A DNA stretch of 64,000 nt from NCBI GenBank assembly GCA_000004985.1, contig GG738867.1. One strand, given 5' to 3'. Both the position numbers and the translations under genes were made by a program. Source of the stretch: Naegleria gruberi. Taxonomy: Eukaryota. Positions 13,097 to 22,361 of the stretch are shown piece after piece. Under the pieces are notes generated by a model, which saw nothing but the letters and a program-made list of their open reading frames with translations, had not been told where the DNA came from and did not search any database. The stretch's first letter is position 1. The number at the start of each line of letters is the position of its first letter.

Positions 13097-14455
13097 TTAC
13101 AACTTGCTTGATCTGGCAGGGAAGGGATTGTTTGGAGAAAGGAGTGGATTGCTGGTTGAGTCAACTTTTGGAGATTCCAATAATTCCAAACAGAGTTTCA
13201 AGAGGTGTGGCCAACATTCGTCCTTTCCTTCCTGTTCTCTGAAGAAATTAAAGTGTCCAATCTTTTTGGCCACCTTTCCATGGATATAGTACATTCTCTT
13301 TTGATTTCCTCCAAATGATTTGATATCTGGTTCGTCATTTTGGAAAGTAATTCGTTTCTTGGTGATGTTTGTTGATTTTCCATTCAAATGTTGGAGTTTC
13401 AGATTTGAGATAAATGTTGGATCAGAGATGGATCTTAATAGCCACAAACTAGCTTGAAATGGAGCATAGAAATCATTCTCAATCACATAGGCAATCATTG
13501 CCTTATTTTGTAGAGCCCAAGAGGGATGTTTAGGATTGATTTTTGCTTCCTCAATTCCAAAATATTCGAAAATATAATTTGTGTTACATCTTCCGGCTGA
13601 GTACCAATCGGTGACCAATTGATTGGCTACATTAATAGGTGGAGTTTCCATTCGATAGAGTGTAGTCATGGTTGGTAGCATGATGTACCAATAAACATAG
13701 AGCAAGAGTCGTGGAATGATCCATGGCCAATGCTGAGCCACACCACTCTGTGAAGCAATCATGATAGTTCCCTTAAATTTACACAAATATTCATTTGGAC
13801 AATAGGCCAATACCTGCCCACCAATTGAATGAGCAATATATACAAATTCATTAATTGGTTTCACTCCATTAACACACTCTCCTCTCAATTTAACATCCAA
13901 ATTATTGCTTTCACATTTCAATAATTTATCCAATGATGAATTTTCCAAATAATCCATCACAGCAGGTAAATCAAATCTTCCCCAATTTACAATCGTTACA
14001 AATTTCTTTTGAATTTCCAAGAATATTTCCCTCTCACTCTTTCCTTCATCAAACTTGACACCATCAATTGAATCTTTTGTAATTCTCGATTTGAAACATC
14101 CTCTAAAATCAAAACTCATTACAATACATTTAGTATTCAAACATAAAAACCTGGCAAATTCTCTATAAAATCGAGATGGTACTCCCATCGCTGATCCTAT
14201 CACAATAGCACACTCTCTCAAATTATCATCTAGTATTATAACTTCTCTCAATGATGATGATGCAGATTTTGTATTTTCCTTTTCGTTATTAGCATTGATT
14301 GAAGTATTTTCCGATGATGAAATTTTCCTAAGGATCGGAAAAAAAATTGTTCCTGAGAGTTTGTATGAATCTCTGGTAATGATTTGGTGATGGCATTCGA
14401 GACAATCCACAGTGGTAGTTGGGAGTGAGGTGGAATCTGTGTCGTGTTGTGACAT
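13097..14455 (-). CDS. Alpha/beta-hydrolase-fold protein (putative serine hydrolase / lipase-like)
   Basis: 452-aa ORF with a GxSxG nucleophile-elbow motif (IAHSIGGQ). An upstream HG-like oxyanion region is present. No introns detected. Confidence 0.55.
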   Translation of the reverse strand: MSQHDTDSTSLPTTTVDCLECHHQIITRDSYKLSGTIFFPILRKISSSENTSINANNEKENTKSASSSLREVIILDDNLRECAIVIGSAMGVPSRFYREFARFLCLNTKCIVMSFDFRGCFKSRITKDSIDGVKFDEGKSEREIFLEIQKKFVTIVNWGRFDLPAVMDYLENSSLDKLLKCESNNLDVKLRGECVNGVKPINEFVYIAHSIGGQVLAYCPNEYLCKFKGTIMIASQSGVAQHWPWIIPRLLLYVYWYIMLPTMTTLYRMETPPINVANQLVTDWYSAGRCNTNYIFEYFGIEEAKINPKHPSWALQNKAMIAYVIENDFYAPFQASLWLLRSISDPTFISNLKLQHLNGKSTNITKKRITFQNDEPDIKSFGGNQKRMYYIHGKVAKKIGHFNFFREQEGKDECWPHLLKLCLELLESPKVDSTSNPLLSPNNPFPARSSKL

Positions 14456-14596
14456 TTTTTTTAAATTTGTTATATTTAAATATTTATTAAATACTTTACA
14501 AAAGAAGTTTTTGATTAAAGATTTGTTGATTCAGTTTACTGTATCAGGTCTAAAAAGTCAGAGAACCCAAATGTAAAATAAAGTGTGTAAAAAATT

Positions 14597-14677
14597 CGCG
14601 GTCTACAGGATTCGAACCTGTGCGGGTCGCCCCAATTGATTTCTAGTCAATCACCTTAACCACTCGGTCAAGACCGC
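14597..14677 (-). tRNA. tRNA-Ser (anticodon AGA)
   Basis: Reverse complement GCGGTCTTGACCGAGTGGTTAAGGTGATTGACTAGAAATCAATTGGGGCGACCCGCACAGGTTCGAATCCTGTAGACCGCG folds as a type-II tRNA. Acceptor GCGGTCT/AGACCGC, D-arm GCCGAGTGGTTAAGGC, anticodon stem ATTGA/TCAAT with loop CTAGAAA (AGA), long variable arm, T-loop GGTTCGAATCC. Near-identical to eukaryotic tRNA-Ser-AGA. Confidence 0.85.
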
Positions 14678-15881
14678 TTGTTGTTCAATACATTTATTAT
14701 ACCCAATTATTTCTTTATTACAATACAGCTTAATTAACCTTAACTCAATCAAGATCAGTCAAAACAATTCAAGTTCGACAATAGACCTCGCATAAGCGCC
14801 ACCACGACTGCATGAAACTCATGTTCTTGACCACTACCTTTCAATAGTAGTCATTCGCATACCATATATACTTAAATTTTGATCTAAAACCATTGATGAC
14901 TTCATGCATTTTATTCCTTTAGTTAATTACGGAATGTGACCCGATCGAATTGGCAATTAGAACAACCAAATGCTTAACTAGAATCAATGCATCAACACCT
15001 TTCTCATTGAGTGTGTTGTACTTTCAACACCAATTGCATCATCATTCATGTGTTGGTTTTCTAGGTGGAAATCAGTTCACAATCAACAAGATTAAATTTA
15101 CTCAGTGTTCCTGCAAAGTAATAATATCTTTTGTGAGATATTATTCCTCTCAACACAATAAACCAAACTAATTCATTTCACTCCAAACAAAGTATCTCAA
15201 TACCAACACAATATTCTGAAACTGCACTTTATTTTACGCTCCTTCACAATTGGTAAACAAACACAAAGAATAGAAAAAGGGTATTTGTCAAATTTCAACT
15301 CTATACAGTTAATAAATTACACATGTGGGAAAAAATTTAGTTAAAATATCCACCGAATGTTTCGGACTTACATGTTGAATCCAAAAACACAATCTTATCG
15401 ATCTGTCAATGATTGTTTACAAAATGTTATAACTTGTTTGGATTGAAATTCATATAACGCAACTTTGAATGTTAAACTTTATCTCAATGTGTTGAGGAGT
15501 GTGGAATAAACCTGTCGAATGTTATGAGAGGAGTGGCGGCTCTACATACCAAACTAAATGTTATTGACCAATTTTTAGTCGATTCTTTTTTAAAACAAAT
15601 AAAACCACATCAGCTAGCATAGAATAGTTTCGTCTAGAGAATAGTCCAAATTCATAGCTAGAGTACTCTGAAGAGTAATACCAAATTGGATGGATAAACC
15701 TCATCGTCATCATCATCAGTTTCCAGTATCAGTACAACATTAATAGTAGGAATTAGAATATTTACTGTCAGCATCCAACTGTTTCAATGAAGATTAATCT
15801 TTGCAAAAATTACAAAATTTAATATCCATCTACATATTTCAATAATCGCACTGTAAAACAAGACATCTTTTGCTATCATAG

Positions 15882-17501
15882 ATGGATGGAGGTAACCATT
15901 CTCGTAACAATAATGAGAGTATTATTCGAAACTCTCATTCGAATAACATGCTTGATGTTCAGTCCTCTTTACAAGATTCAAAAACAATACATGAATTATC
16001 ATCAGCAACAACACCACAACAACAATTATTTGGAAAAGGTTCCTCTTCTTCTACCAGTTTAGTCTTACCATTGACTGGACTAAACCTTTCCAATAACAAT
16101 ACTACTAGTAATTCTATTAATATTAATAATAATAATACCAATGGTCTGTCTTCTAATAGTAGCAGACAATATGTATCAGATACAACAAGTGTACAAACTA
16201 ATAATCGATCAGATTCGTCCAATAGGAATCGAATAGGATTAGTGGATTACACAATGTCAGATTCTAAAGATGACGATACTCATCTATTGATGCTACAACA
16301 TTCCACTAATAATAATACTAATCCTCAACAAGTTTCGTCTATCCTTTCGAATACAACATCAACAGCTTATCAGCAACAAGTCTTTCACTCTACTGCACCA
16401 ACACAACTGCATGGCAACAACACAGGACACAACAAGATTTTATCATCGAATAACGATTCTTCCATAATATTACCCAACGTTTCGTCCCAACTTTCGAATA
16501 GCAACATGTTTGTTTCTTGCATAAACAAATCAGCAAATTCTGTCCATTTTAATAACAACCAGTCAATGTCTAACATGCAATCTGATACAATGGAGGCATC
16601 AGAAGGAATTTTCATGCCAAACTCGCAAAACTCTAGGAATAGTACAACAACAGGATTGGTTTCGAATAACTCCACGATGATGCATGTAGCATTCTCAACT
16701 CAAAAAAACATGCAAAATGGTCAACCAACATGCTCCTCATCATCGTCATTGGAAAATCAACATCAACCACAACATGCATTACAACAAACGAATGTTGGTA
16801 TAAACTCGACTAATCCAAACTATCAATTCCTAATTAATCAAATGCAACAAACACCATCATCATCATCATCATCCATGAGAATGCTTCCAAATGCAACATT
16901 GAACATGCAATTGAATGCGAACATTTCATCATCTCTACAAATGGTAAACAATCAGACGACGACGACAACAAACTTTTCAAATTCTTCTTCCAACATTCAA
17001 AACATTCCAACGACATTTAATTCAATGATTGTGGAATATCAGACAATGCCACTTTCTGTCAGTAATCAAACAAATCAATTGACATCCATTGGAATGCATG
17101 ATGAAACCATGTTGAAATTGGATTTGGAAGATTTTGTGAATACGTTACATAGTGAGGAATATAGAGTCTATATGGATATGAATAATCTCGTTTCGAATAG
17201 TTACCATTCGAATAGTATTGTAGTGAATCATCCTTCACAACAACATCCTTTAACGTCATCTTCTAATTTACCTCAACAACAAATATCATCACTACATGTA
17301 AATCCACCTCCTAATTTTGTCCCTTCTTCCAATTTATTGAATAATCCCAACCTTTCGAATATTGCAAACAACAATTTGCATATTATCTCTTCTCAACAAC
17401 AGCAATTGCAACCAATCAACATTAACAACATGCAAAGAGTTGTTTCTCTAAATCTAGGTTCCTCCTCTTTAAATCCTACTTCCCATTTCCCATTCGAATA
17501 A
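15882..17501 (+). CDS. Asn/Ser/Thr/Gln-rich low-complexity protein (possible nuclear/transcription-associated; prion-like composition)
   Basis: 539-aa ATG ORF dominated by N, S, T and Q runs (NNTTSNSININNNNTNG; QQQQ). No globular domain recognised. The downstream ORF at 17575..18012 may belong to the same gene. Confidence 0.4.
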   Translation: MDGGNHSRNNNESIIRNSHSNNMLDVQSSLQDSKTIHELSSATTPQQQLFGKGSSSSTSLVLPLTGLNLSNNNTTSNSININNNNTNGLSSNSSRQYVSDTTSVQTNNRSDSSNRNRIGLVDYTMSDSKDDDTHLLMLQHSTNNNTNPQQVSSILSNTTSTAYQQQVFHSTAPTQLHGNNTGHNKILSSNNDSSIILPNVSSQLSNSNMFVSCINKSANSVHFNNNQSMSNMQSDTMEASEGIFMPNSQNSRNSTTTGLVSNNSTMMHVAFSTQKNMQNGQPTCSSSSSLENQHQPQHALQQTNVGINSTNPNYQFLINQMQQTPSSSSSSMRMLPNATLNMQLNANISSSLQMVNNQTTTTTNFSNSSSNIQNIPTTFNSMIVEYQTMPLSVSNQTNQLTSIGMHDETMLKLDLEDFVNTLHSEEYRVYMDMNNLVSNSYHSNSIVVNHPSQQHPLTSSSNLPQQQISSLHVNPPPNFVPSSNLLNNPNLSNIANNNLHIISSQQQQLQPININNMQRVVSLNLGSSSLNPTSHFPFE

Positions 17502-17574
17502 TAATCAACCTAATATTATTCATCAACCAATTACACCAGCAACCATTGTAAAAATCATCCCAATATCTTCAACA

Positions 17575-18012
17575 ATGAGTAGTAGTAATCAACCAACTCT
17601 CACACCACAACTTGTTTCCAATATTTCCACCACAACTCAAAAGATTATTCCACCACCACCACCAACAAGTGTAAATATTGGAAACAATGCAAATGTTGAT
17701 ACACCCAGAGAATATGTCATTCACGAAAATGAATATGACAGAAAAAAGACTCCAAAATCCAAAAAGAGGCAATCAATTGACTATTGCAATCAAAAGAAGA
17801 TGGAATTTAAGATGGAAATTTCAACAAAGCATCCTCAACCGAATCCTGTGCAAGTAGTTGTTACCTCGTCATCTTCAGTAAGCACACCACAAAGTAATAC
17901 AACACCAACAACAAATTCTTCAAGTATAATGATGGGTCAATATGTCAACAACAACAATAATTCATTTTACAATGAACCACAAATGGATGAGAATCCTGAA
18001 GAAAATAAATGA
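17575..18012 (+). CDS. Low-complexity Pro/Thr/Asn-rich ORF with a basic patch (KKTPKSKKRQ); may be a 3' exon of the preceding gene or an independent small gene
   Basis: 145-aa ATG ORF 74 nt after the stop of the 15882..17501 ORF, in a different frame. No splice signals could be assigned confidently. Confidence 0.3.
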   Translation: MSSSNQPTLTPQLVSNISTTTQKIIPPPPPTSVNIGNNANVDTPREYVIHENEYDRKKTPKSKKRQSIDYCNQKKMEFKMEISTKHPQPNPVQVVVTSSSSVSTPQSNTTPTTNSSSIMMGQYVNNNNNSFYNEPQMDENPEENK

Positions 18013-18269
18013 TTTTAAAAGGTGGTGTGTGAAATTCATTATTTGGACCATTGAATTATTGAACCAATTTGTAAAGTGGAGAAATAATGGAAAGTCAATT
18101 GCATTTATGTCAGTAAATAGAGGCAATGGTGCAACATTGCAAATCTGACTAATGATCCTTCCGGATGAAAATTTAAAGTATCTTCCAAATAATAATTCAA
18201 CAATTGTAATCAAGTAAAAAACACTGGACGAATTTGTGAATTTATATTAAGCCAATAGATAAAATGAAG

Positions 18270-18340
18270 TGCATTAGCCGGGAGTCGAACCCGGGTCACC
18301 AGCTTGGAAGGCTGGTATGATACCGTTACACTACTAATGC
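18270..18340 (-). tRNA. tRNA-Gly (anticodon TCC)
   Basis: Reverse complement GCATTAGTAGTGTAACGGTATCATACCAGCCTTCCAAGCTGGTGACCCGGGTTCGACTCCCGGCTAATGCA. Acceptor GCATTAG/CTAATGC, anticodon stem CCAGC/GCTGG with loop CTTCCAA (TCC), T-arm CCCGGGTTCGACTCCCGG. Closely matches eukaryotic tRNA-Gly-TCC. Confidence 0.85.
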
Positions 18341-18581
18341 TTCTTGCTAACAATTTTCAAAATATGGATTTTAAAAACTGCACTTCTTACGAATTTGGAA
18401 TGTTTGTTGAGCATTCTAATTTCTGTCAAAAGTTCGGTTGTAGGCTTACTCTTTGTGATTATGTTTGTTTCATTGTATACGAAATAACTTGGATACTACA
18501 AATAGGCTAAATATGACACAACCTTATCCTACCATTTGTGGAACAGAAATCATCGATTTAACGAACAGATTGGCCTAGCAA

Positions 18582-19568
18582 ATGTCATCTCCATTCAAAA
18601 AAATGAAACAATTAACATTTAAACTATTGATCTGTGCACTCTTTATTCTCTATTGTAGTTGCTCCATGGCTATGGCTGGTCGTGGTAGTGGAGGAAGCTC
18701 AGGTAGAAGTTCTGGAAGTAGTGGTGGTTCTAGAAGTGCTGCCTCAAGAACTACCAGATCAGCTAGTTCTGCTCCAGGGAGAAAGTCAACTACCAAGTCA
18801 AGATCTGGAACTGCAGCTAAAAAGTCCACCAAGCCATCTAAAAAAACAAGAACAACAAAACTGGTCAAAGGAGATGCACTCACTACAGGAAAATCAACAG
18901 TGGTTGTGAAGAAGGGTGACACTGTGAGTGAAATTGCATATAAACTTGCCAAGGAGCGTAATATTCCTTTCAAGGAAATGTATAAGGCAGTATATGAAGC
19001 CAACAGTAAATTACTTGGAGATAGAACTCAATTGTTTAACAAGTATGGTGCCAAGATGAGATTGCATGGTAAATTGGGTGATTTCAAGTTTAGAGATGCT
19101 ATCAAACCAGGTGATGTTTTGAATTTACCAACTTTGGGATTGAAACCAGAAAATCCAAATGGTGACAAACCTGGCAAGGGAGATCAACCAAATAATGGTG
19201 ATAAGCCTAGCAATGATAAGCCAAGCAACAACGTTGATCAGCCAAGTAATGCTGATAAACCAGACAATGGAAACAAACCAGATATTGCTCAGCCTGACAA
19301 TGGCAAGCCAGAAATCATTCCTGAAAAACCAAACAATGGTAACACTCCAGATAGTGGAAATATTCCACCTCACAGAGGTATTCCACCAATCATTGATGTT
19401 ACTCCAAAGATACCAATCTCATATCCAAAGAATCCAACTCCAATCAAACCACTTCCTATCAATAACAATGGTAAGAAACTGGTTCTCAGACATGCTAGAC
19501 TCAGAGGAAGAGGGGTTTTCATTAAGGTCAATGTTAACATTAATGGTCAACCAAATAAACTAGATTAG
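18582..19568 (+). CDS. Secreted LysM-domain protein with Gly/Ser-rich and Pro/Asn-rich (KP/QP) repeat regions; the start is probably the ATG at 18603
   Basis: N-terminal hydrophobic signal-peptide-like segment (MKQLTFKLLICALFILYCSCSMAMA). GS-rich linker, then a LysM-like core (VVVKKGDTVSEIAYKLA ... IKPGDVLNLP) with an insert. Then DKP/QPxN repeats. No TM helix. Confidence 0.6.
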   Translation: MSSPFKKMKQLTFKLLICALFILYCSCSMAMAGRGSGGSSGRSSGSSGGSRSAASRTTRSASSAPGRKSTTKSRSGTAAKKSTKPSKKTRTTKLVKGDALTTGKSTVVVKKGDTVSEIAYKLAKERNIPFKEMYKAVYEANSKLLGDRTQLFNKYGAKMRLHGKLGDFKFRDAIKPGDVLNLPTLGLKPENPNGDKPGKGDQPNNGDKPSNDKPSNNVDQPSNADKPDNGNKPDIAQPDNGKPEIIPEKPNNGNTPDSGNIPPHRGIPPIIDVTPKIPISYPKNPTPIKPLPINNNGKKLVLRHARLRGRGVFIKVNVNINGQPNKLD

Positions 19569-19752
19569 TTTTATTGAAATCTAACACTTATATGTCGTAT
19601 TGTAAATATTTTGAAGTAGGAGCAGAGTTGAAAACATAATATTGTTCCTGCTGCCATACTTGAGCTGAAATTCAATAGAGTTAGATGTTGTTGACTAAGC
19701 ACCGATTCTAGGAAGAATATCAGCATTACTGTATCTGTGACAATTTGAAAGG

Positions 19753-21330
19753 TCAATAAAATCTTCTGAACTTGGAAGGAGGAGCAATCATCCCTCCTCC
19801 ACCGAAGAAATGTGAATGTTGGAGGAATGTGACAGGAATATTCCCATCTTCTCTAATTCTTTTGAATTGTATCGTTTGTTCAGTGTTATGTAGCCCTCTA
19901 ACAGAAACGGTTTGATTTGTAACACTTTGAATATATTGAGCTTTCTTTTCTTCCAATTTTTTCTTATATGCATCCTTTTCATTTGTTGGCAGCTCTTTCC
20001 ACATTTTGCTAACCATTGACACAATCTCTTTTCTGGATTTATCTGGATTTTCTATAAGCATTTTTGGCTTGACAATATTGGTATAATAACTGTAAGCTGT
20101 TTTTTCTGGTTGCTCTATATTTCTGATTTTCTGCCCTTGACTAATTTCGAACATTCGATTCATTATTATGAACATGTCTTCTAGCATTAATGAAATGTCT
20201 TGAGTAATTTCTTTTTCATTGAAACAAGTATTAATATAATGAGTTGTTGAGTCAGTACTGACTGTGGCAGTTGTCAAACCATTTAACAGAGTTTCATTAG
20301 GAGTGGCATTATTATAAAATAATACATTTCCATCATCTTTGAAAATGATGACATTTTCGTAGATTTCTCCAAATATATAATTCTGTGAATCTCTAAACAT
20401 GTTGTATAATTTTGCCTTTCTCAAATTACAACTAACTTCATTATGTTGATAATAGGGAATATAATTTAAACATCTATGAATATTTGAAATAAGTGTTTCC
20501 TTACAACCACTGGTTTGAATTGCCCTTAAACCTGATTCACATAATTCTGATTCCAATTGTTGTAAATCACCTCCAGGGAAGTATTCCTTGTAAGAATTCA
20601 TTAAATCTTCCATTTTAGTCTTGACTTTAAAATTATATCCTTCATAGACAACTAATGCACCACGTAAAATACTCAATAATTGGAAAAAGTTATCAGTAAA
20701 GTTTAGATTAGGATATATCGACAAGTAAGCTCTCCTAATGGCTCTCATGGCAATTTGATTCAAAGTTGCTTGATCCTTAGCATTACTTTTCAAATGCTTC
20801 ATGAAACTTGTACAAGGACTGTCCTCTCCCGTCATTATATAATATTCATCATCAGAAATATCATCATCATCATCTCGGATTCTAAATACAACATGGTTAT
20901 CAGAAAATGTCTTCAAATGAGCTTCTTCATCTTCTTCATCTGAATCGAAATCATCATAATCATTCGTGAATGTATTCAAGCCTTCATCCATAGCAAAATC
21001 CATGTATGGATTAAAGTTGTATCTATTCCTTTTCTTCCTCTTCTCGGGCCGAGTTACTGCAGCTACAATACCTGCATCAGGTGCAAAAGGTAATACAGTA
21101 TCACTACCACCACACAAACAATTTACATAATACAATTTACAAAAACGTTCGGAGAAGAGTAATTCCTTCCACAACTTGTTGACCATCCACAATGGAGCAA
21201 ATTTATAATTCTTTTTTTCTCCTTTACATTCTACAGTATTAAAAAAGACATATTTTGGATGTATAAAGGAAAGTACATTGAGTATGAGTGGTTCTTGTTC
21301 AAACCATTCATAGGAGAGTGAAGAAGACAT
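19753..21330 (-). CDS. HMG-box DNA-binding protein (HMG box at C-terminus)
   Basis: 525-aa ATG ORF. The C-terminal region QPEKTAYSYYTNIVKPKMLIENPDKSRKEIVSMVSKMWKELPTNEKDAYKKKLEEKKAQY has the spacing and conserved W/K/Y positions of an HMG box. An acidic D/E stretch lies mid-protein. Confidence 0.6.
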   Translation of the reverse strand: MSSSLSYEWFEQEPLILNVLSFIHPKYVFFNTVECKGEKKNYKFAPLWMVNKLWKELLFSERFCKLYYVNCLCGGSDTVLPFAPDAGIVAAVTRPEKRKKRNRYNFNPYMDFAMDEGLNTFTNDYDDFDSDEEDEEAHLKTFSDNHVVFRIRDDDDDISDDEYYIMTGEDSPCTSFMKHLKSNAKDQATLNQIAMRAIRRAYLSIYPNLNFTDNFFQLLSILRGALVVYEGYNFKVKTKMEDLMNSYKEYFPGGDLQQLESELCESGLRAIQTSGCKETLISNIHRCLNYIPYYQHNEVSCNLRKAKLYNMFRDSQNYIFGEIYENVIIFKDDGNVLFYNNATPNETLLNGLTTATVSTDSTTHYINTCFNEKEITQDISLMLEDMFIIMNRMFEISQGQKIRNIEQPEKTAYSYYTNIVKPKMLIENPDKSRKEIVSMVSKMWKELPTNEKDAYKKKLEEKKAQYIQSVTNQTVSVRGLHNTEQTIQFKRIREDGNIPVTFLQHSHFFGGGGMIAPPSKFRRFY

Positions 21331-21472
21331 TTTTTTTCAATATTTATTTTTAATAAGAAAAATTTCAATTCATTTGCTTATATTCTTAAATCAATTTGCT
21401 TAATCGATTGTAAATAAGCATATTCGATGCACTTTTCCTCATGTTTGCTTTTGATAAAATTAAAATTTCAGA

Positions 21473-21553
21473 CGCAGACTGCAGGATTCGAACCTACGAA
21501 GGTTTCCCCAACAGATTTCAAGTCTGTCGCCTTAACCACTCGGCCAAGAATGA
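21473..21553 (-). tRNA. tRNA-Ser (TGA)-like sequence with defective acceptor stem (possible tRNA pseudogene)
   Basis: Reverse complement ..TCATTCTTGGCCGAGTGGTTAAGGCGACAGACTTGAAATCTGTTGGGGAAACCTTCGTAGGTTCGAATCCTGCAGTCTGCG has intact D-arm, anticodon arm (loop CTTGAAA = TGA), variable hairpin and T-arm typical of tRNA-Ser. The 5' acceptor strand TCATTCT pairs at only 4 of 7 positions with the 3' strand AGTCTGC. Confidence 0.45.
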
Positions 21554-21647
21554 TAAAGAATAAGTAGAATTTATGAAAGAAAACCAATAGTGTGCATTTT
21601 GTAAAGTGTTCAGCCTTACTGTTCAGCACTATCTTTTCCAAAAAAAA

Positions 21648-22193
21648 ATGTCCAACGATCAATTTTTTGATGAGGATGAAATTTTGCAAAGTCTCTTTAC
21701 CAAATATCATGAAATAACATCATCATATGGAAATGGAACACTCTATCTCGGAAATCAGAGTAGTGTTGGTGCCTTTCCCGATAAATGGAATTATTCCGAG
21801 AAGGATTACCAACAAGTATTGTTAGAATTACAATCACTGAATATAAAATCAATTGTTTGTTGTGCTGATGGCTTGGCAATATTTCCTAATGAATTTGAAT
21901 ATTATCAAGTTGATGCAAGGGATTCTCCATCTTTTGATTATTTACCTATAATTGATGGAGCAGTTGAATTCATTAAAAGAAAACTCAATGAGGGATCTTC
22001 TGTGATCGTTCATTGCAATGCTGGAGTTTCCAGGAGTGCTACAATTGTGGTTGCATTCCTGATGAAAGTAGCCAAAATACCACTAGAGCAGGCTATTAGA
22101 ATGGTTAGGGAGAAGAGGAAATGTATTGATATCTCAAATTTCAAATCTCAATTAGTTCAATATGAAAATCAATTAAAGTTACTTGGAATGTAA
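21648..22193 (+). CDS. Dual-specificity protein phosphatase (DUSP family)
   Basis: Active-site signature VHCNAGVSRSAT (HCxxGxxRS), a typical DUSP fold length, and an upstream Asp-containing general-acid region (DARDSPS). ATG at 21648 within the 21606..22193 ORF. Confidence 0.85.
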   Translation: MSNDQFFDEDEILQSLFTKYHEITSSYGNGTLYLGNQSSVGAFPDKWNYSEKDYQQVLLELQSLNIKSIVCCADGLAIFPNEFEYYQVDARDSPSFDYLPIIDGAVEFIKRKLNEGSSVIVHCNAGVSRSATIVVAFLMKVAKIPLEQAIRMVREKRKCIDISNFKSQLVQYENQLKLLGM

Positions 22194-22361
22194 TGATCTA
22201 TTATCTCAAAGCAAGATGATTATCTTCCATTGCTAAAATTTTGAACAACTTATCGAGATGTTGAATTTCATGGTTCATGTGTATTTACAACAAGATGAAA
22301 GGGTGACACGGATTTTTGATTGTTTTATGGTGTTGGAAGAATTATCCAACAAGACAAAAAA

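Noticed and set aside
14950-15171. 73-aa His/Cys-containing ORF in the long 14.7-15.9 kb intergenic region
   Set aside because: It is isolated and has no homology signal or splice partners. The region is more likely promoter/5' UTR of the Asn/Gln-rich gene.
17569-17772. Minus-strand ORF with WWWWW run
   Set aside because: It is the antisense of the Pro-run (CCACCACCACCA) in the plus-strand low-complexity ORF, and it is implausible as a protein.
18634-19563. Overlapping alternative-frame and antisense ORFs within the LysM gene (Leu/Val/Glu-rich, Trp/Ile-rich)
   Set aside because: They are produced by the repetitive Gly/Ser and Lys-Pro codon repeats of the real gene and have no start context or domains.
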